A stretch of DNA of 64,000 nt from Deltaproteobacteria bacterium (GCA_040218735.1 JAVJQW010000020.1:1-64000), one strand, 5' to 3'; positions 10,540 through 20,978 are shown, counted from the stretch's first letter. Notes: generated by a model from the sequence alone, not told the origin. Program-made: numbers and translations.

Positions 10540-11901
10540 TCAGACGTTCCGCTCGCCGACGCGGACCACCAACACGGTGAGGTTGTCCGGCTTGCCTTCC
10601 TTCGTCTTCATGCGCTCGCTCACCACGTCGCGTAGCGCGCGCGTCGCCTCTGCGGCGCCGCCGGCGCGCACGAGCACTTGGCCGAGCTCGGCTTCGGTGA
10701 GGCGGGAGTCGAGGAGGCCGTCGGAGCCGAAGATGAGGTAGTCGCCGGTCTGCACGCCCCAGCGGTAGGCCTGGTGCTCGAAGCTGCGCTTGCGCAGCAT
10801 CCCCAGGCCTTCGAGCAGCACCCGACCGACGCCCTGCGCTTCGGTGCTGCGGAGGTGTTTGCCGCGCGACGAGAAGTGCATCGCGCCCGAGTCGCCGATG
10901 TTCACGATGACCGCGATCTCGTGATCGATCATCGCGCCCACGAACGTCGTCACCTCGCCGCGACCGCGCGCGACGATCGCCACGTGCGCCTTCTGCGCCG
11001 CCTTCACGAGCGCCGCCTCCGCTTCGTCGTAGCCGCCGCGCTGCTCCGCGACCTGCTGCATCTCCGCGAACAACATCTCCGCCGCGAGCGCCGACGCGGC
11101 GCCGCGGTTGTGTTCGTCGCTGCCTTCGCCGCCGGCCTGGTCGAAGACGCCGAGGAACAACCGCCCGTCGGCGTCCGCGAACAGCGCGCCGCCGTCTTCG
11201 TTCCAGCTCTTGTAGTTGTGGCCGCGGTTGGTGTGCAGCGCCGCGCTCGCGAGGGGGCTGCGCAGGTTGTAGACCGTGTCGGTCTCCTTGTTCCCGGCGA
11301 TCAGGCCGTAGCCGGAGTCCGCGCGGAGGATCGACTCGATCGGCACGTACGGCGACGTCCCCATCGGGCGCGCCATCGACAGGGGCCGCGAGGGCGTCAG
11401 CTCCGTCGCCATGCGCGCGCGCTCCTGCGGCGAGATCTGCACCGTGACCTCGTGGTCCTCCTCGATGATCTCACGGAGGCGCTCCAGGAACTCCTTCGGA
11501 TCGACACGTCGACCCGCGCGACCGAGCACGAGGATCTCACCGTCCGGATCGATCCCCGCGACCCAGAACGGGCTCCCGTCGAGGTAGACGAAGTCGCCGA
11601 TCTTCAGCGGGTTCGCCTCCATCAACGACGTCGTGTCGAGCTCCTTGATCGACAGCCGCCCCGTCGCCACGGACCGCACGACGATCGACACGATACCGCC
11701 CTGCTCGATCTCGCTGACGACACCCAACGTGCACTTGCCGACGGTGCGCGGGACACGAACGAGATCACCGACGCCGTAGCGTTGGATGCTCGCGAGATCG
11801 CGCACGGCGGTGAAGCCGTCGAGCTCCAGCAGCTTGTACTCCGGCTCGACCGCCAGCTTCTTGCCGAGGGCCCTGAGCTCCGCTTCGGAACGATTCGTCA
11901 T
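10540..11901 (-). CDS. PP2C/PPM-family Ser/Thr phosphatase with N-terminal extension
   Basis: NED, GVFDQAGG, NIGDS, FGSDGL and DNLTV metal-binding motifs in the C-terminal half. Confidence 0.8.
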   Translation of the reverse strand: MTNRSEAELRALGKKLAVEPEYKLLELDGFTAVRDLASIQRYGVGDLVRVPRTVGKCTLGVVSEIEQGGIVSIVVRSVATGRLSIKELDTTSLMEANPLKIGDFVYLDGSPFWVAGIDPDGEILVLGRAGRRVDPKEFLERLREIIEEDHEVTVQISPQERARMATELTPSRPLSMARPMGTSPYVPIESILRADSGYGLIAGNKETDTVYNLRSPLASAALHTNRGHNYKSWNEDGGALFADADGRLFLGVFDQAGGEGSDEHNRGAASALAAEMLFAEMQQVAEQRGGYDEAEAALVKAAQKAHVAIVARGRGEVTTFVGAMIDHEIAVIVNIGDSGAMHFSSRGKHLRSTEAQGVGRVLLEGLGMLRKRSFEHQAYRWGVQTGDYLIFGSDGLLDSRLTEAELGQVLVRAGGAAEATRALRDVVSERMKTKEGKPDNLTVLVVRVGERNV

Positions 11902-11961
11902 CGTCGACGCCAGCCGGGGACGTTACCGGATGACTCGTCGGATGGCCACGCTGCCACGCGC

Positions 11962-13299
11962 TCAATCGTAGTCGTAGGTCTCGGCCCCTTCGCGCCACGC
12001 CTGGTACAGCGCATCGAGGTTCCCGACGTGGTCTTCGGCGCCGCGCGCGTCGATCGATTCGAACCGCGAGAAGACCTGGCCGTCGCTCTCCGTCGTCGGG
12101 ACGAGGTCACGCCGGTACCCGCCCGCGACCCCCGCCATCCAGCCGCGGTCCGCCGCCCAGTGCGGCTCCGAGACACGGAAGCGGAAGACGTAGTAGTCGA
12201 CGATCCCCATGTTCGAGTGCGTGTCGAGCTCGACGACATCCTCGAGCACGACTTGATCCGGCGCGCGCCCGAGGTTCTTCGGACGGATCAACCAGCGCAC
12301 GAGCTCACTCTCCGCGAGCGCCGCCTGCGCGAGGTAACGCGAGGGCATCAGCTCGACGCGACCCGCGTCGCGCAACGCTTCGAACAACCACGCGCGTGTC
12401 TCCGGGTTCGACGCTACGTCCGTGACGTGTTTGCGCTTCAGGTACGCGCCCTGCCGAAGCTGCGTCGACAACGCGAAGTACTTCAGACGCGAGTCGCGGA
12501 GACCGAGCGCCGAACGAAGCGCCGCGTCCACGTCGCGACGCTGAAAGCACCCCATCACGTCGATCAGCAGGGACGCCCACGCGCGGTGCTCCGCGTACGT
12601 GTCGTCTTCGAAGCGGTCGTGGGTCTTCGCCATCGACTGCATCGAGCGGAGCGCGTCGTAGTGGCGTTGGTAGCGCGCGAGGATCACCGGCGCCGCCGTC
12701 GACAGATCCAGGGAGCCGTACGGCGCCGACTTGCAGGTGTGCAGGCCGAGCAGAGCGAGGTTCCACCCATGTTGCGGGTCGTCGATGTATTGCAGGACCG
12801 TCGGCAGGAAGACCTCGGGGTGCCGCGGCTCGTCGTCCAGAGATCCGGTCGCGAGGTAGGGGACACGTCCGGAGCCGAGGCGCGCGATGACGAGGCGCAT
12901 CCAGGTCTCGGCCGCCGCGCGGGATCGCATCGATCCGATCAGCTCCAACGCGCTCTCGCGGGCGAGCGGGCTGTAGTCGTCGAACAGGCGTTCGAGCGGC
13001 TCGAGGAGGTCGTCGTCCGGCTGCCGCCCGATCGCGTGCACGAGCTGAGCGCCGACGTCCTGATCGAAGGTGTCGGCCGCCGGCTGGAGGGCGGCGTGGG
13101 TCAGGGCCTGGAGGCGCTCGCGCAGGGTGAGTGTTTGTCGGCTCAGCCGCCCCGACGCGTGGATGCGCCGGTCGGGGTCATCACTCGCGAGGTCTTCCAA
13201 GGTCGCTTCGAAAGGCGACTTCTCCGCCTCGTCGAGGTGGACGGGGCTCTCACACCCCAGGCCCAGGAGGAGGAGCGCTGACGCGACGTTCCATCGCAC
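11962..13299 (-). CDS. Hypothetical lipoprotein, HEAT-repeat-like
   Basis: Lipobox LGLGC after GTG 13299; alpha-helical HEAT-like segments (LERLFDDYSPLARESALELIG). Confidence 0.65.
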   Translation of the reverse strand: MRWNVASALLLLGLGCESPVHLDEAEKSPFEATLEDLASDDPDRRIHASGRLSRQTLTLRERLQALTHAALQPAADTFDQDVGAQLVHAIGRQPDDDLLEPLERLFDDYSPLARESALELIGSMRSRAAAETWMRLVIARLGSGRVPYLATGSLDDEPRHPEVFLPTVLQYIDDPQHGWNLALLGLHTCKSAPYGSLDLSTAAPVILARYQRHYDALRSMQSMAKTHDRFEDDTYAEHRAWASLLIDVMGCFQRRDVDAALRSALGLRDSRLKYFALSTQLRQGAYLKRKHVTDVASNPETRAWLFEALRDAGRVELMPSRYLAQAALAESELVRWLIRPKNLGRAPDQVVLEDVVELDTHSNMGIVDYYVFRFRVSEPHWAADRGWMAGVAGGYRRDLVPTTESDGQVFSRFESIDARGAEDHVGNLDALYQAWREGAETYDYD

Positions 13300-13390
13300 G
13301 ACCTCGCACCGTAGCACGCAACCGCCGGACGGGGTTGGTCGAGCGGGCGGCTTTTGCGATCATCCCCCCGCGGCCGGTCCCCGGCCTTCT

Positions 13391-16012
13391 ATGACGCAGC
13401 TCGAGGACAACGGCGAACAACCTGGAGCAGAACGGCTCGGGGAGACGATCGCCGGTCGGTATCGACTCGACGGGATCCTCGGTCACGGTGGTGCGGGGAT
13501 CGTCTTCGAGGCGACGCACGTGCTCACCGAACGTCGCGTCGCGGTGAAGCTCGTCGACACGACGGCCGCGAGCGAAGCGAACGTCACGCGTCTGATGAAG
13601 GAAGCGCGCGCGACGGTGCAGCTCGCGCATCCGAACGTCGTCGAAGTGCTCGACATGGGGCAGCTCGACGACGGCGCGGTGTACCTCGCGCTCGAGCTGT
13701 TGCGCGGGCAGTCACTCGCGGAGCGTTTGAAGGGGCGCCGTCGTCTCGTGCTCGACGAGACGTTGGAGATCGCGACGCCGATCATGGACGCGATGGCGGT
13801 CGCGCACGACGCGGGCCTCGTCCACCGCGATCTCAAACCCGGCAACATCTATCTGCACGAGGATCAGGGGCGCGTCGTGCCGAAGCTCCTCGACTTCGGC
13901 GTGGTCAAGTCGACGGATCCGAACGCGGTGCGCCAGACGCAGGTCGGCGTGGTGCTCGGGACGCCGCACTTCATGTCGCCGGAGCAGGCGCGCGGGCTGC
14001 CGGACATCGGGCCGCCGGTCGACGTGTGGGCGATGGGCGTCGTCCTGTACCGGACGCTCTCCGGCTTCTTGCCGTTCCGCGGGAAGAACGTTCCGCAGGT
14101 GCTTCGGGCGATCACGCGTGGAGAGTACATACCGTTGTGGGAGCACGTGCCGTCGCTCGCGGGGCCCGTGGTGCGGGTCATCGAAGACGCGCTCACGTTG
14201 GACCCGCGGCTGCGCTTCGCGACGATGCGTGAGTTCCTGGAGGCGCTGGAGATCGCGCGGAAGGGCACGGTCGTCCAGCGCACGCCGGTCGATCTCCCGA
14301 GCGGGGACCTCCCCCTCGAGAGCGCGGATCTCGGCGGACACACCGTCCGCGACTTCTACGATCCGGACGAGGAGGTCACGCCGCTCCCGTCCAAGGAGAG
14401 CCTCGAGCTCCCTGAGTACCGCGACACGTACAACGGCAACGATCGCGCGAAGAAGTCCGCGAAGCGCTTCGTTCCGTGGGTGCTCGGCGTGGGGCTGATC
14501 GCGGGCTTGGGGGCTGCAGCGTACGTGTTCTTGGAGCGCGTCCCGCTCGAGGAGGCCGCGCCGGTCGCGAAGCTCGACGTGGCCCCCCCGGGCGCTTCGG
14601 CGGGCGCCGCCGTGGAGCGCGTCGAGATCCCGGACGAGGTCCCGGAGGCGAAGACGCCCGAGCCCGAGCCGGCTCCTCCGCCCCCGCCGCCGGTGAAGGA
14701 GGAGGCGCCTCCGCCTCCGCCCCCACCGCCCCCTCCACCTCCTCCGGACACCCGAGCGCGCGACGCCGCGGCGGCCGCGCAGAAGGCGGCCACCGATTCG
14801 CGCGAGGCGTTCGCCACCGCGCGTGCCGCGCTCCAGGTCGAGGTGCGCAACGCGCAACGCGCGCTGGAGTCCACGAACGCGATGGTCCGTCGCGCGCGCG
14901 AGCCCGCCGACCAGCGCACCGCCGCGTCCGCGCAGCGCGCCGCCCGGCGCGACCTCGAAACGGCGCGCGCCGCGCAGGCGCAGTGCGAGCAACGTGCGCG
15001 AGCGCTCTCCAAGGGGCGCCCGCTGGACGCACGTTGGCTCGCCGCCGAGACGGCGCTGGCGTCGCGTGACTACGAGGCGGCGAAGAAGGAGCTCGATGCG
15101 ATCACGCAGATCGCGGAGCGCCTCGTCGAGACGTGCCGCGTCGTGCGGGCCGCCGAGCCGAAGCCGCAGACCGTCGCCGCCGCGGCGGCCGTCGAAGGAA
15201 CCAAGTCCGAGGCGGAGGCGGAGGCGCCCAAGCGCGACGCACGCGCGCTCGCGGCCTCGCACTACCAACGCGCGCTGACGCTCAAGCGGCGAGGGGATCA
15301 AAAGGGGGCGATCGCGGCGTTGTCGCAGGCGATCGAGCTCGAGCCGAAGTTCGTCGCCGCGTTGAACAGTCGCGGCCTCCTCCGCCAGGCCGCGGGTGAT
15401 GCGACGGGCGCGCTCCGTGACTTCGACGCCGCGCACGCGATCGAGCCGGACAACGCGGGGGTGCTCAACAACCGTGGCTACGTGAAGCTCGCGCGCCACG
15501 ATCTCGACGGCGCGCTGAAGGACTTCGACGCCGCCATCGCGCGCGACGGACGCAACGCGCTCTTCTTCGAGAACCGCGGCGCGGCGCGTTACCTCAAGCA
15601 GCGGTTCCAGGAGGCGGCGACGGACTTCGGTCGGGCGATCGAGCTCGACGGCAAGCTCTACTCCGCGTACCGGCGCCGGGCCCGCACGCTGCAGAAGCTC
15701 GGCGACCACGCCGCGGCGAAGGCGGACTTCGATCGGCTGATCGAGGCGAAGCCGAGCGACACCGATTCGCTGTACGCGCGCGGCCGAACCTACGTCGAGC
15801 TCGGCCGCCTCGACGACGCGATCGCGGACTTCGCGAAGGTGATCCTGCTGAAGCCGACACGCGCCGACGCGTACCTCCGCCGCGGACTTTGTTTCGTGGA
15901 GAAGAAGGACAGCGCGAGGGCCAAGGCCGACCTCGAGAAACACCTCGAGCTCGCGCCGAACAGCCGCCACGCGAAGGTGGTGCGAAGGCACCTCGCGAAG
16001 CTGGGCGGCTGA
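13391..16012 (+). CDS. Membrane Ser/Thr protein kinase with C-terminal TPR repeats
   Basis: LGHGGAGIV, VAVK, HRDLKPGN, DFG, GTPHFMSPEQ; TM helix; Pro-rich linker; several TPRs. Start moved to ATG 13391. Confidence 0.95.
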   Translation: MTQLEDNGEQPGAERLGETIAGRYRLDGILGHGGAGIVFEATHVLTERRVAVKLVDTTAASEANVTRLMKEARATVQLAHPNVVEVLDMGQLDDGAVYLALELLRGQSLAERLKGRRRLVLDETLEIATPIMDAMAVAHDAGLVHRDLKPGNIYLHEDQGRVVPKLLDFGVVKSTDPNAVRQTQVGVVLGTPHFMSPEQARGLPDIGPPVDVWAMGVVLYRTLSGFLPFRGKNVPQVLRAITRGEYIPLWEHVPSLAGPVVRVIEDALTLDPRLRFATMREFLEALEIARKGTVVQRTPVDLPSGDLPLESADLGGHTVRDFYDPDEEVTPLPSKESLELPEYRDTYNGNDRAKKSAKRFVPWVLGVGLIAGLGAAAYVFLERVPLEEAAPVAKLDVAPPGASAGAAVERVEIPDEVPEAKTPEPEPAPPPPPPVKEEAPPPPPPPPPPPPPDTRARDAAAAAQKAATDSREAFATARAALQVEVRNAQRALESTNAMVRRAREPADQRTAASAQRAARRDLETARAAQAQCEQRARALSKGRPLDARWLAAETALASRDYEAAKKELDAITQIAERLVETCRVVRAAEPKPQTVAAAAAVEGTKSEAEAEAPKRDARALAASHYQRALTLKRRGDQKGAIAALSQAIELEPKFVAALNSRGLLRQAAGDATGALRDFDAAHAIEPDNAGVLNNRGYVKLARHDLDGALKDFDAAIARDGRNALFFENRGAARYLKQRFQEAATDFGRAIELDGKLYSAYRRRARTLQKLGDHAAAKADFDRLIEAKPSDTDSLYARGRTYVELGRLDDAIADFAKVILLKPTRADAYLRRGLCFVEKKDSARAKADLEKHLELAPNSRHAKVVRRHLAKLGG

Positions 16013-16340
16013 TGCGTTCGGCCGTACTTCCGCTCGCAGTCGTCGTGGTCGCCTCGCTCTCGAGCGCATGGACGCTGCCGCGCGGATCGATGGCGCGTCC
16101 GGTGCACGCTCCGCTCCAGGCAAATCGTGACAAAAGGGCCGACTTGGGCGCGTGAGCGAACGCAGGGGCCTGCAGATCGCAGCTAGCAGCCGGCAGGTCG
16201 CTCAGTCGAGCCGGCCAAATAGCCGGCGCAACGATCGTGGCAGCCAAGCTGCCGGCTGGCCGCTGTCGGCTGCCGGCGCGAGGATGCGCCGCCCGTGGTC
16301 AGCCAAGCCTGGAGCGTATGAGGCGCAGCCTCGCCCATAC

Positions 16341-17603
16341 TCACGGGCGCGGGATCAGCGTAACCTCGACGGACTCCGGGGGCCCGCCGCTCGCGCGGGT
16401 CGCTACGAGGCCGCCGGAGACGCCGATCGCCACGAACGCGCACACTGCCCAGAACCATGGCTTGGTCCAGAACGGAGGCGGTGGGGTGAGCGGACGGCCC
16501 GGCGCCGTGCGGACCGGTTGGGTGCCGATGATGATCGGCGCGGGGCCGAAGATCGGCGCGGGGCCCTCGGCGCAGCGGGTCGCGGCGGCGATCGCCGCCG
16601 GCACGGCGTCGACGGTCGGCGCGCGCGCGTAGCCGCCGCCGGACGTGCGGACATCGACGCTGACGGTCGCGGTGCCCACCGCCGAGCGTCGGTCGGCGAG
16701 GTGCACGAACAACACCACCGACTGCGTGACCTGCGCGCGGCGGGCGAGGAGGGCGAGGGTGTCGCCGACGCCGGCTTGCACGCGGAGGTCCTCGGCGAGG
16801 CGATCGATGCGCACGAGTTCGGGGTCGCGGGTGAGTCGAACGTCGAGCTCGACGTCCCGCCCCGGATCTACGGCGATGGTGCGCACCCAGCTGGAGTGCC
16901 CCGGCGCGACGACGCGCACGAGGTGACGCCCCGCGCCGACCGCGTCGAGGATCAGCGGTGTCCCGCCGCGCTCACGTCCGTCGAGGAAGACCGTCGCCGA
17001 GCTCGCCTGGGGCGTACCGACCAGCCGCACCTCGAGCCGACCGACCTCGCGGAGCCCGGCGCGCGCGGCTTCGAGCTCCGCGAGCACGCGCGGGTTGTAG
17101 CGGTGGCGGGGTGGGGCGATCGACGGGTTCAGATCCAGCGCTCGCAGCAGTCGCCGCCGCGCGGCGTCCACGCGGTCCCGCGCAACGTAGATTGCGCCCG
17201 CGAGGAAGTGTGCGTGGGCGAGCACCTCGACTGCGCCCGGCTGCGCGTGGATCGCCGCGAGCTTCGACGTCGCTTCGGCGATGATCTGCAGCGCCTCCTC
17301 GGTCTCGAGCTCGCGGAAGCGCTCCTCCGCGCGGGCGACGAGGCTTCGGGCGTCGAGCAGCGCCGCTGCGCGTCCTTCGTGGCCGCCCTCGCGGACGAGG
17401 ATCGCTCGCGTGGTCGCCGGGTCGACCCAGGCGTTCGTCGTGCTCCGCGCCGCGCGCTCGACCGCAGGCACCGCGGCCGCCAGCCCCGAGTCCGCCGCGA
17501 CGGTCACGAGCACGGTCGGAGCCGCGTCGTCGAGCGATGCACAGTCCGGGGCGGCGCTCGCGAGGAGCGCGAAGGGGAGGGCCGCGAGCAACGCGGCCAG
17601 CAT
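16341..17603 (-). CDS. PEGA-domain protein
   Basis: Signal peptide; ATVFLDGRERGGTPLILDAVGAGRHLVRV; C-terminal PFWTKPWFWAV membrane anchor typical of myxobacterial PEGA proteins. Confidence 0.85.
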   Translation of the reverse strand: MLAALLAALPFALLASAAPDCASLDDAAPTVLVTVAADSGLAAAVPAVERAARSTTNAWVDPATTRAILVREGGHEGRAAALLDARSLVARAEERFRELETEEALQIIAEATSKLAAIHAQPGAVEVLAHAHFLAGAIYVARDRVDAARRRLLRALDLNPSIAPPRHRYNPRVLAELEAARAGLREVGRLEVRLVGTPQASSATVFLDGRERGGTPLILDAVGAGRHLVRVVAPGHSSWVRTIAVDPGRDVELDVRLTRDPELVRIDRLAEDLRVQAGVGDTLALLARRAQVTQSVVLFVHLADRRSAVGTATVSVDVRTSGGGYARAPTVDAVPAAIAAATRCAEGPAPIFGPAPIIIGTQPVRTAPGRPLTPPPPFWTKPWFWAVCAFVAIGVSGGLVATRASGGPPESVEVTLIPRP

Positions 17604-17633
17604 GGCATCAACCGGGGGAGGAGAGAAACGCGG

Positions 17634-18110
17634 TCAGTCGAGGTAGGGCGCGGCGATGACCTCCGCGCGCGCGGTGAGGGCGGTGCCGTGCATGTCCTCG
17701 AGGAAGACCTCGACGGTCAGCGGGACGCCCTGCATCGACTCCAGCGGTTCGACCGCTTCGTTGGCGAGGACGACGCGCCGACCGAGGCCGACGTAGGTCG
17801 CGTCCTCTTCGGGCGACAACCCGAACGCGAGCGGCTCGGAGACGTCGATCCGCTCCCCGTCCGCGTAGACGTCGAAGTCGATGACGGGGTTGGTGTCGTT
17901 GAAGCGACCCGCCTCCCCGGGCTCGATCCCCTCCGCCTTGAGCGACAGCGTCGCGTGGTAACCGCCCTGGATTCCGGCGACGATCTCGAGCGACGCGCCG
18001 TCGAGGAGCGGGTCGAATCGTTGCACGCCGGTACCGAGGGTGAGTGCTCCTTCCGGAGCACCACCGCACGCCGTCGCGGCGAAGAGGCCGAGCACGAGGA
18101 GACGCTTCAT
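17634..18110 (-). CDS. Hypothetical lipoprotein
   Basis: MKRLLVLGLFAATAC lipoprotein signal; IVAGIQGGYH motif. Confidence 0.75.
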   Translation of the reverse strand: MKRLLVLGLFAATACGGAPEGALTLGTGVQRFDPLLDGASLEIVAGIQGGYHATLSLKAEGIEPGEAGRFNDTNPVIDFDVYADGERIDVSEPLAFGLSPEEDATYVGLGRRVVLANEAVEPLESMQGVPLTVEVFLEDMHGTALTARAEVIAAPYLD

Positions 18111-18114
18111 CCGA

Positions 18115-19563
18115 TCACTCCGGGCAAGGCGGGAAGTAGAACAGCGCACCGTACGAGAAGTTGCGCGGCTGCGCGGCGAAGCCGACGTCCGCGGTCTCGT
18201 AGATGATCGTGCCCGCGTTCGAGCACACCGAGCTGTTCCAGTTGAACGCGCAGTCGTAGAGGTCGGAGACGCTCAGGGCGTGGTCGATGCGCGTCGCGAG
18301 ATTCGTCGACGTCCCGAACGTGCTCTCGCACAGGCGGATGGCGCGCAGCCCGACCATCGACGCGTAGGCGCCCGGGTTGTCGAGGCAGTCCTGCTGGTCC
18401 GCGGCCTTGTTGCAGATGTTCAGACCCATCGCCATCTGCGCGTACGGCGCGCCGATGTTCGTGCAGCCCGAGCACACCGGCTCGATGTCCGTGAAGTAGA
18501 TGGGGTGGTGCTGGTTGTTGTAGTCGCGCTGCTCCCAGGCGACCCAGCCGTTGCGCAGCTCGGACGAGTAGTTGTCGTCGAACACCGCGCACTTCACGGG
18601 GTTCTCGTTGTAGTCCTTGCAGGTGATGAGCACGCCGGCGTCGGTCGTCGCGTTCGCGAAGACGTGACCCCAGGCGCCCTGGTGGATGATGCCGCCGACG
18701 CTCTTGAGCGTGACGTTCATGCCGTCGAACGCGGTGAGCTCGACGTCACCGAAGAGCTGCCAGCCCTGCTCGAGGCTCGCGCCGAAGAGCTCGAACGTGG
18801 AGCCGACGTCGGGCGGCGTCGTGCCGAGCAGCGGCATGCGCGCGCCGGAGAACTCGACCTGCGCGGGGGGATCGAACGTCACGCCGCGGGGCTGAATCGT
18901 CCACAGCGGACCGTAGCCACCGTCCGGGATCTGCATCGGCGCCCACTCGGGGTCGATCGGCGTCAGCGTGATCTCCATCTGCGGGTCGTCGGCCTCGAGG
19001 TGAATCGAGCCCGGCGCGACGATGAGCGTGACCTCCAAGTCACCGACCGGCGAGTCCTCGAACTTCCAGGTGAGGCGACCGCCGTCGCGGATCAGCTCTT
19101 CGGTGATCGCGTGGCCCGCGGACTGGAGCGGGACCACCGCGCTGCGCACCGTGAGCAGCTCGTCGGCGTTCAGGTTCTCGAGCTTCGCGAACTGGCGGAG
19201 CGAGATCGGCGTGAGGTGGACGCGGTCACCCTCGAACGTGCCGAAGGGCGCGCGGTCCTCGCGCGGCGTGTGGATGGTGAGGGTGATCTCTTCGCCCGCT
19301 TCCAGGGCCGTCCGAACGCGGTCGACGGGGACGTCGAGGAGCGTGTACCCGCCCACGTCGTCCGTCAGCACCGACGGCGTGACCGGCACGTTGCCGATCG
19401 CCAGCGCGACCTCGGCGCCCGCGACGCGCGCGCCGTTTGTGTCGATCACGAACCCCTCGAGCCCTGCGCTCGCGGTCGTCGTGTCCAAGCTGTTTCCGCA
19501 GGCTGCCAAGAGCAGCGCGCCCGCCAGCGCCGTCGCGCCATTTCGGATGGTTGTCTTCGTCAA
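18115..19563 (-). CDS. Lipoprotein with carboxypeptidase-regulatory-like, ZU5-like and Cys-rich domains
   Basis: TTG 19563 with GGAGA RBS; LLLAAC lipobox; LEGFVIDTNGARVAGAEV...TDDVGGYTL; IQPRGVTFDPPAQV. Confidence 0.7.
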   Translation of the reverse strand: MTKTTIRNGATALAGALLLAACGNSLDTTTASAGLEGFVIDTNGARVAGAEVALAIGNVPVTPSVLTDDVGGYTLLDVPVDRVRTALEAGEEITLTIHTPREDRAPFGTFEGDRVHLTPISLRQFAKLENLNADELLTVRSAVVPLQSAGHAITEELIRDGGRLTWKFEDSPVGDLEVTLIVAPGSIHLEADDPQMEITLTPIDPEWAPMQIPDGGYGPLWTIQPRGVTFDPPAQVEFSGARMPLLGTTPPDVGSTFELFGASLEQGWQLFGDVELTAFDGMNVTLKSVGGIIHQGAWGHVFANATTDAGVLITCKDYNENPVKCAVFDDNYSSELRNGWVAWEQRDYNNQHHPIYFTDIEPVCSGCTNIGAPYAQMAMGLNICNKAADQQDCLDNPGAYASMVGLRAIRLCESTFGTSTNLATRIDHALSVSDLYDCAFNWNSSVCSNAGTIIYETADVGFAAQPRNFSYGALFYFPPCPE

Positions 19564-19781
19564 AACGTACGTCTCCGTTGAAGGCGCACGCTCCACGTGC
19601 ACCCCTCCACATCGAGGCCGGGCCCCGGGTCCAAAGCTGTCGGCTCGACGTGCCGCAACGCACGCCGCTCTTGTGTGTGGTGTCACGTCCCGCGCGTGTG
19701 ACAACGATACGTCATTATCTTACTCAACCCTGCAAGGGGCTCGTTCTGAGACAGGTGTCCGAAAGTACAGTTGTGCGAGGC

Positions 19782-20978
19782 TCAGAGGTGGTCGTAGGCG
19801 AACACCGCGACCTCGTCGACCTGAGGGAGCGCCGCGAGGCGGGCCAGCAGCTCGGGGGTCGCGCTCGCCAGGACCACCGCGACGAGGCCCTCGCCGCGCA
19901 CGAGCGCGCGTACCCCGCGTTTTTCGCGTCGAGCGTCGGGGGCGTCGGCTGGCGCCGCCGGGCCCTCGTGAACCCAGGCGGCGGCGTCGCGCGCTGCGAG
20001 GGCGCGTCGGACTTCGAAGGCCGTCCGACCGCGCTGCAGCGCGTCGTCGCCGAGGCCGCGCTGCTTCACGGTGCGGCGCGCTGCAAGGACCGCGTCGAGG
20101 AGCTGGGGGGTCTCGGCTTCGGAGCCAGTGAGCTCGACGACCGCCGCTGTCGCTCCCCGTCGACGGACGAGCTGCGCCACCGCGGTGGCGTCGCGTTCCT
20201 GGGCGAGCCGAGCGAGGGGGCTGTCGACGGTGCCGCCCCACGCGAGGCGTGCGATCTCCAGGGCCGCGGCGTCCTTGTCGTCAACGGGCCACCCGATCGC
20301 GAGCTGCACGCGGTCGCGGTCGGGTTTGTCGACGACCACGACGCGCACCCGCTCCACCGACTTCGGTGCGGCGACGGTGCTCGTGACGGGCGCGCCGGCT
20401 TCGAGGTTCGGTGCCCACGCCGCCGCCGCGTCGTCCAGCGCGCCGGCCATGCGGATCGACACCCGCGCGCCGACGAGGTTGCGCCGCACGAACGCGGCCA
20501 CGTCATCCGCCGTCGCGCGCGACACGCCGACGACGTCGCCCAACGGTGACCTCTGTGCCGGGTGCCCCGCGAACAGCACCTGCATCAGCGCGTAGTAGAC
20601 GAGTCGGCGATCATCGGAGCGGAGCGCCTCGACGGCGGCCGCCGCGGAGCGCACCTCGCGCTCGACGCTCCCTTCCGTACCCGCCGCGCGGATGACCTCG
20701 AAGATGCGCGACAGCTCCGCCTCGGCGCCGTCCGGCGTCGCACCGGCGTGAATCGTGATGCCGTCGCCGTCGACGCGGGCACCGCAGACACCTCCGCACG
20801 CTGGCGATGCACGCAGCGCGGCGTCGATCGTTCGTGCGGTCACCGCGCCGAGCCCGTGCATCGTGCGTGGGTCCGCCTCCGTTCGGAGCCGAACGCCGAT
20901 CTCGACCCACGGCACACCTTCGTAGCGCTCGATCTGAACGGGCGGCGACATCACCAGCAGCGACATCAGCGCGATCAT
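19782..20978 (-). CDS. M16 (insulinase) family protein, inactive subunit
   Basis: LFAGHPAQRSPLGDVVGVSRATADDVAAF and VVVVDKPDR motifs; no HxxEH. ATG 20978 overlaps the upstream stop. Confidence 0.7.
   Translation of the reverse strand: MIALMSLLVMSPPVQIERYEGVPWVEIGVRLRTEADPRTMHGLGAVTARTIDAALRASPACGGVCGARVDGDGITIHAGATPDGAEAELSRIFEVIRAAGTEGSVEREVRSAAAAVEALRSDDRRLVYYALMQVLFAGHPAQRSPLGDVVGVSRATADDVAAFVRRNLVGARVSIRMAGALDDAAAAWAPNLEAGAPVTSTVAAPKSVERVRVVVVDKPDRDRVQLAIGWPVDDKDAAALEIARLAWGGTVDSPLARLAQERDATAVAQLVRRRGATAAVVELTGSEAETPQLLDAVLAARRTVKQRGLGDDALQRGRTAFEVRRALAARDAAAWVHEGPAAPADAPDARREKRGVRALVRGEGLVAVVLASATPELLARLAALPQVDEVAVFAYDHL

Noticed and set aside
14660-14750. C-rich low-complexity tract
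   Set aside because: Encodes the poly-proline linker of the kinase.
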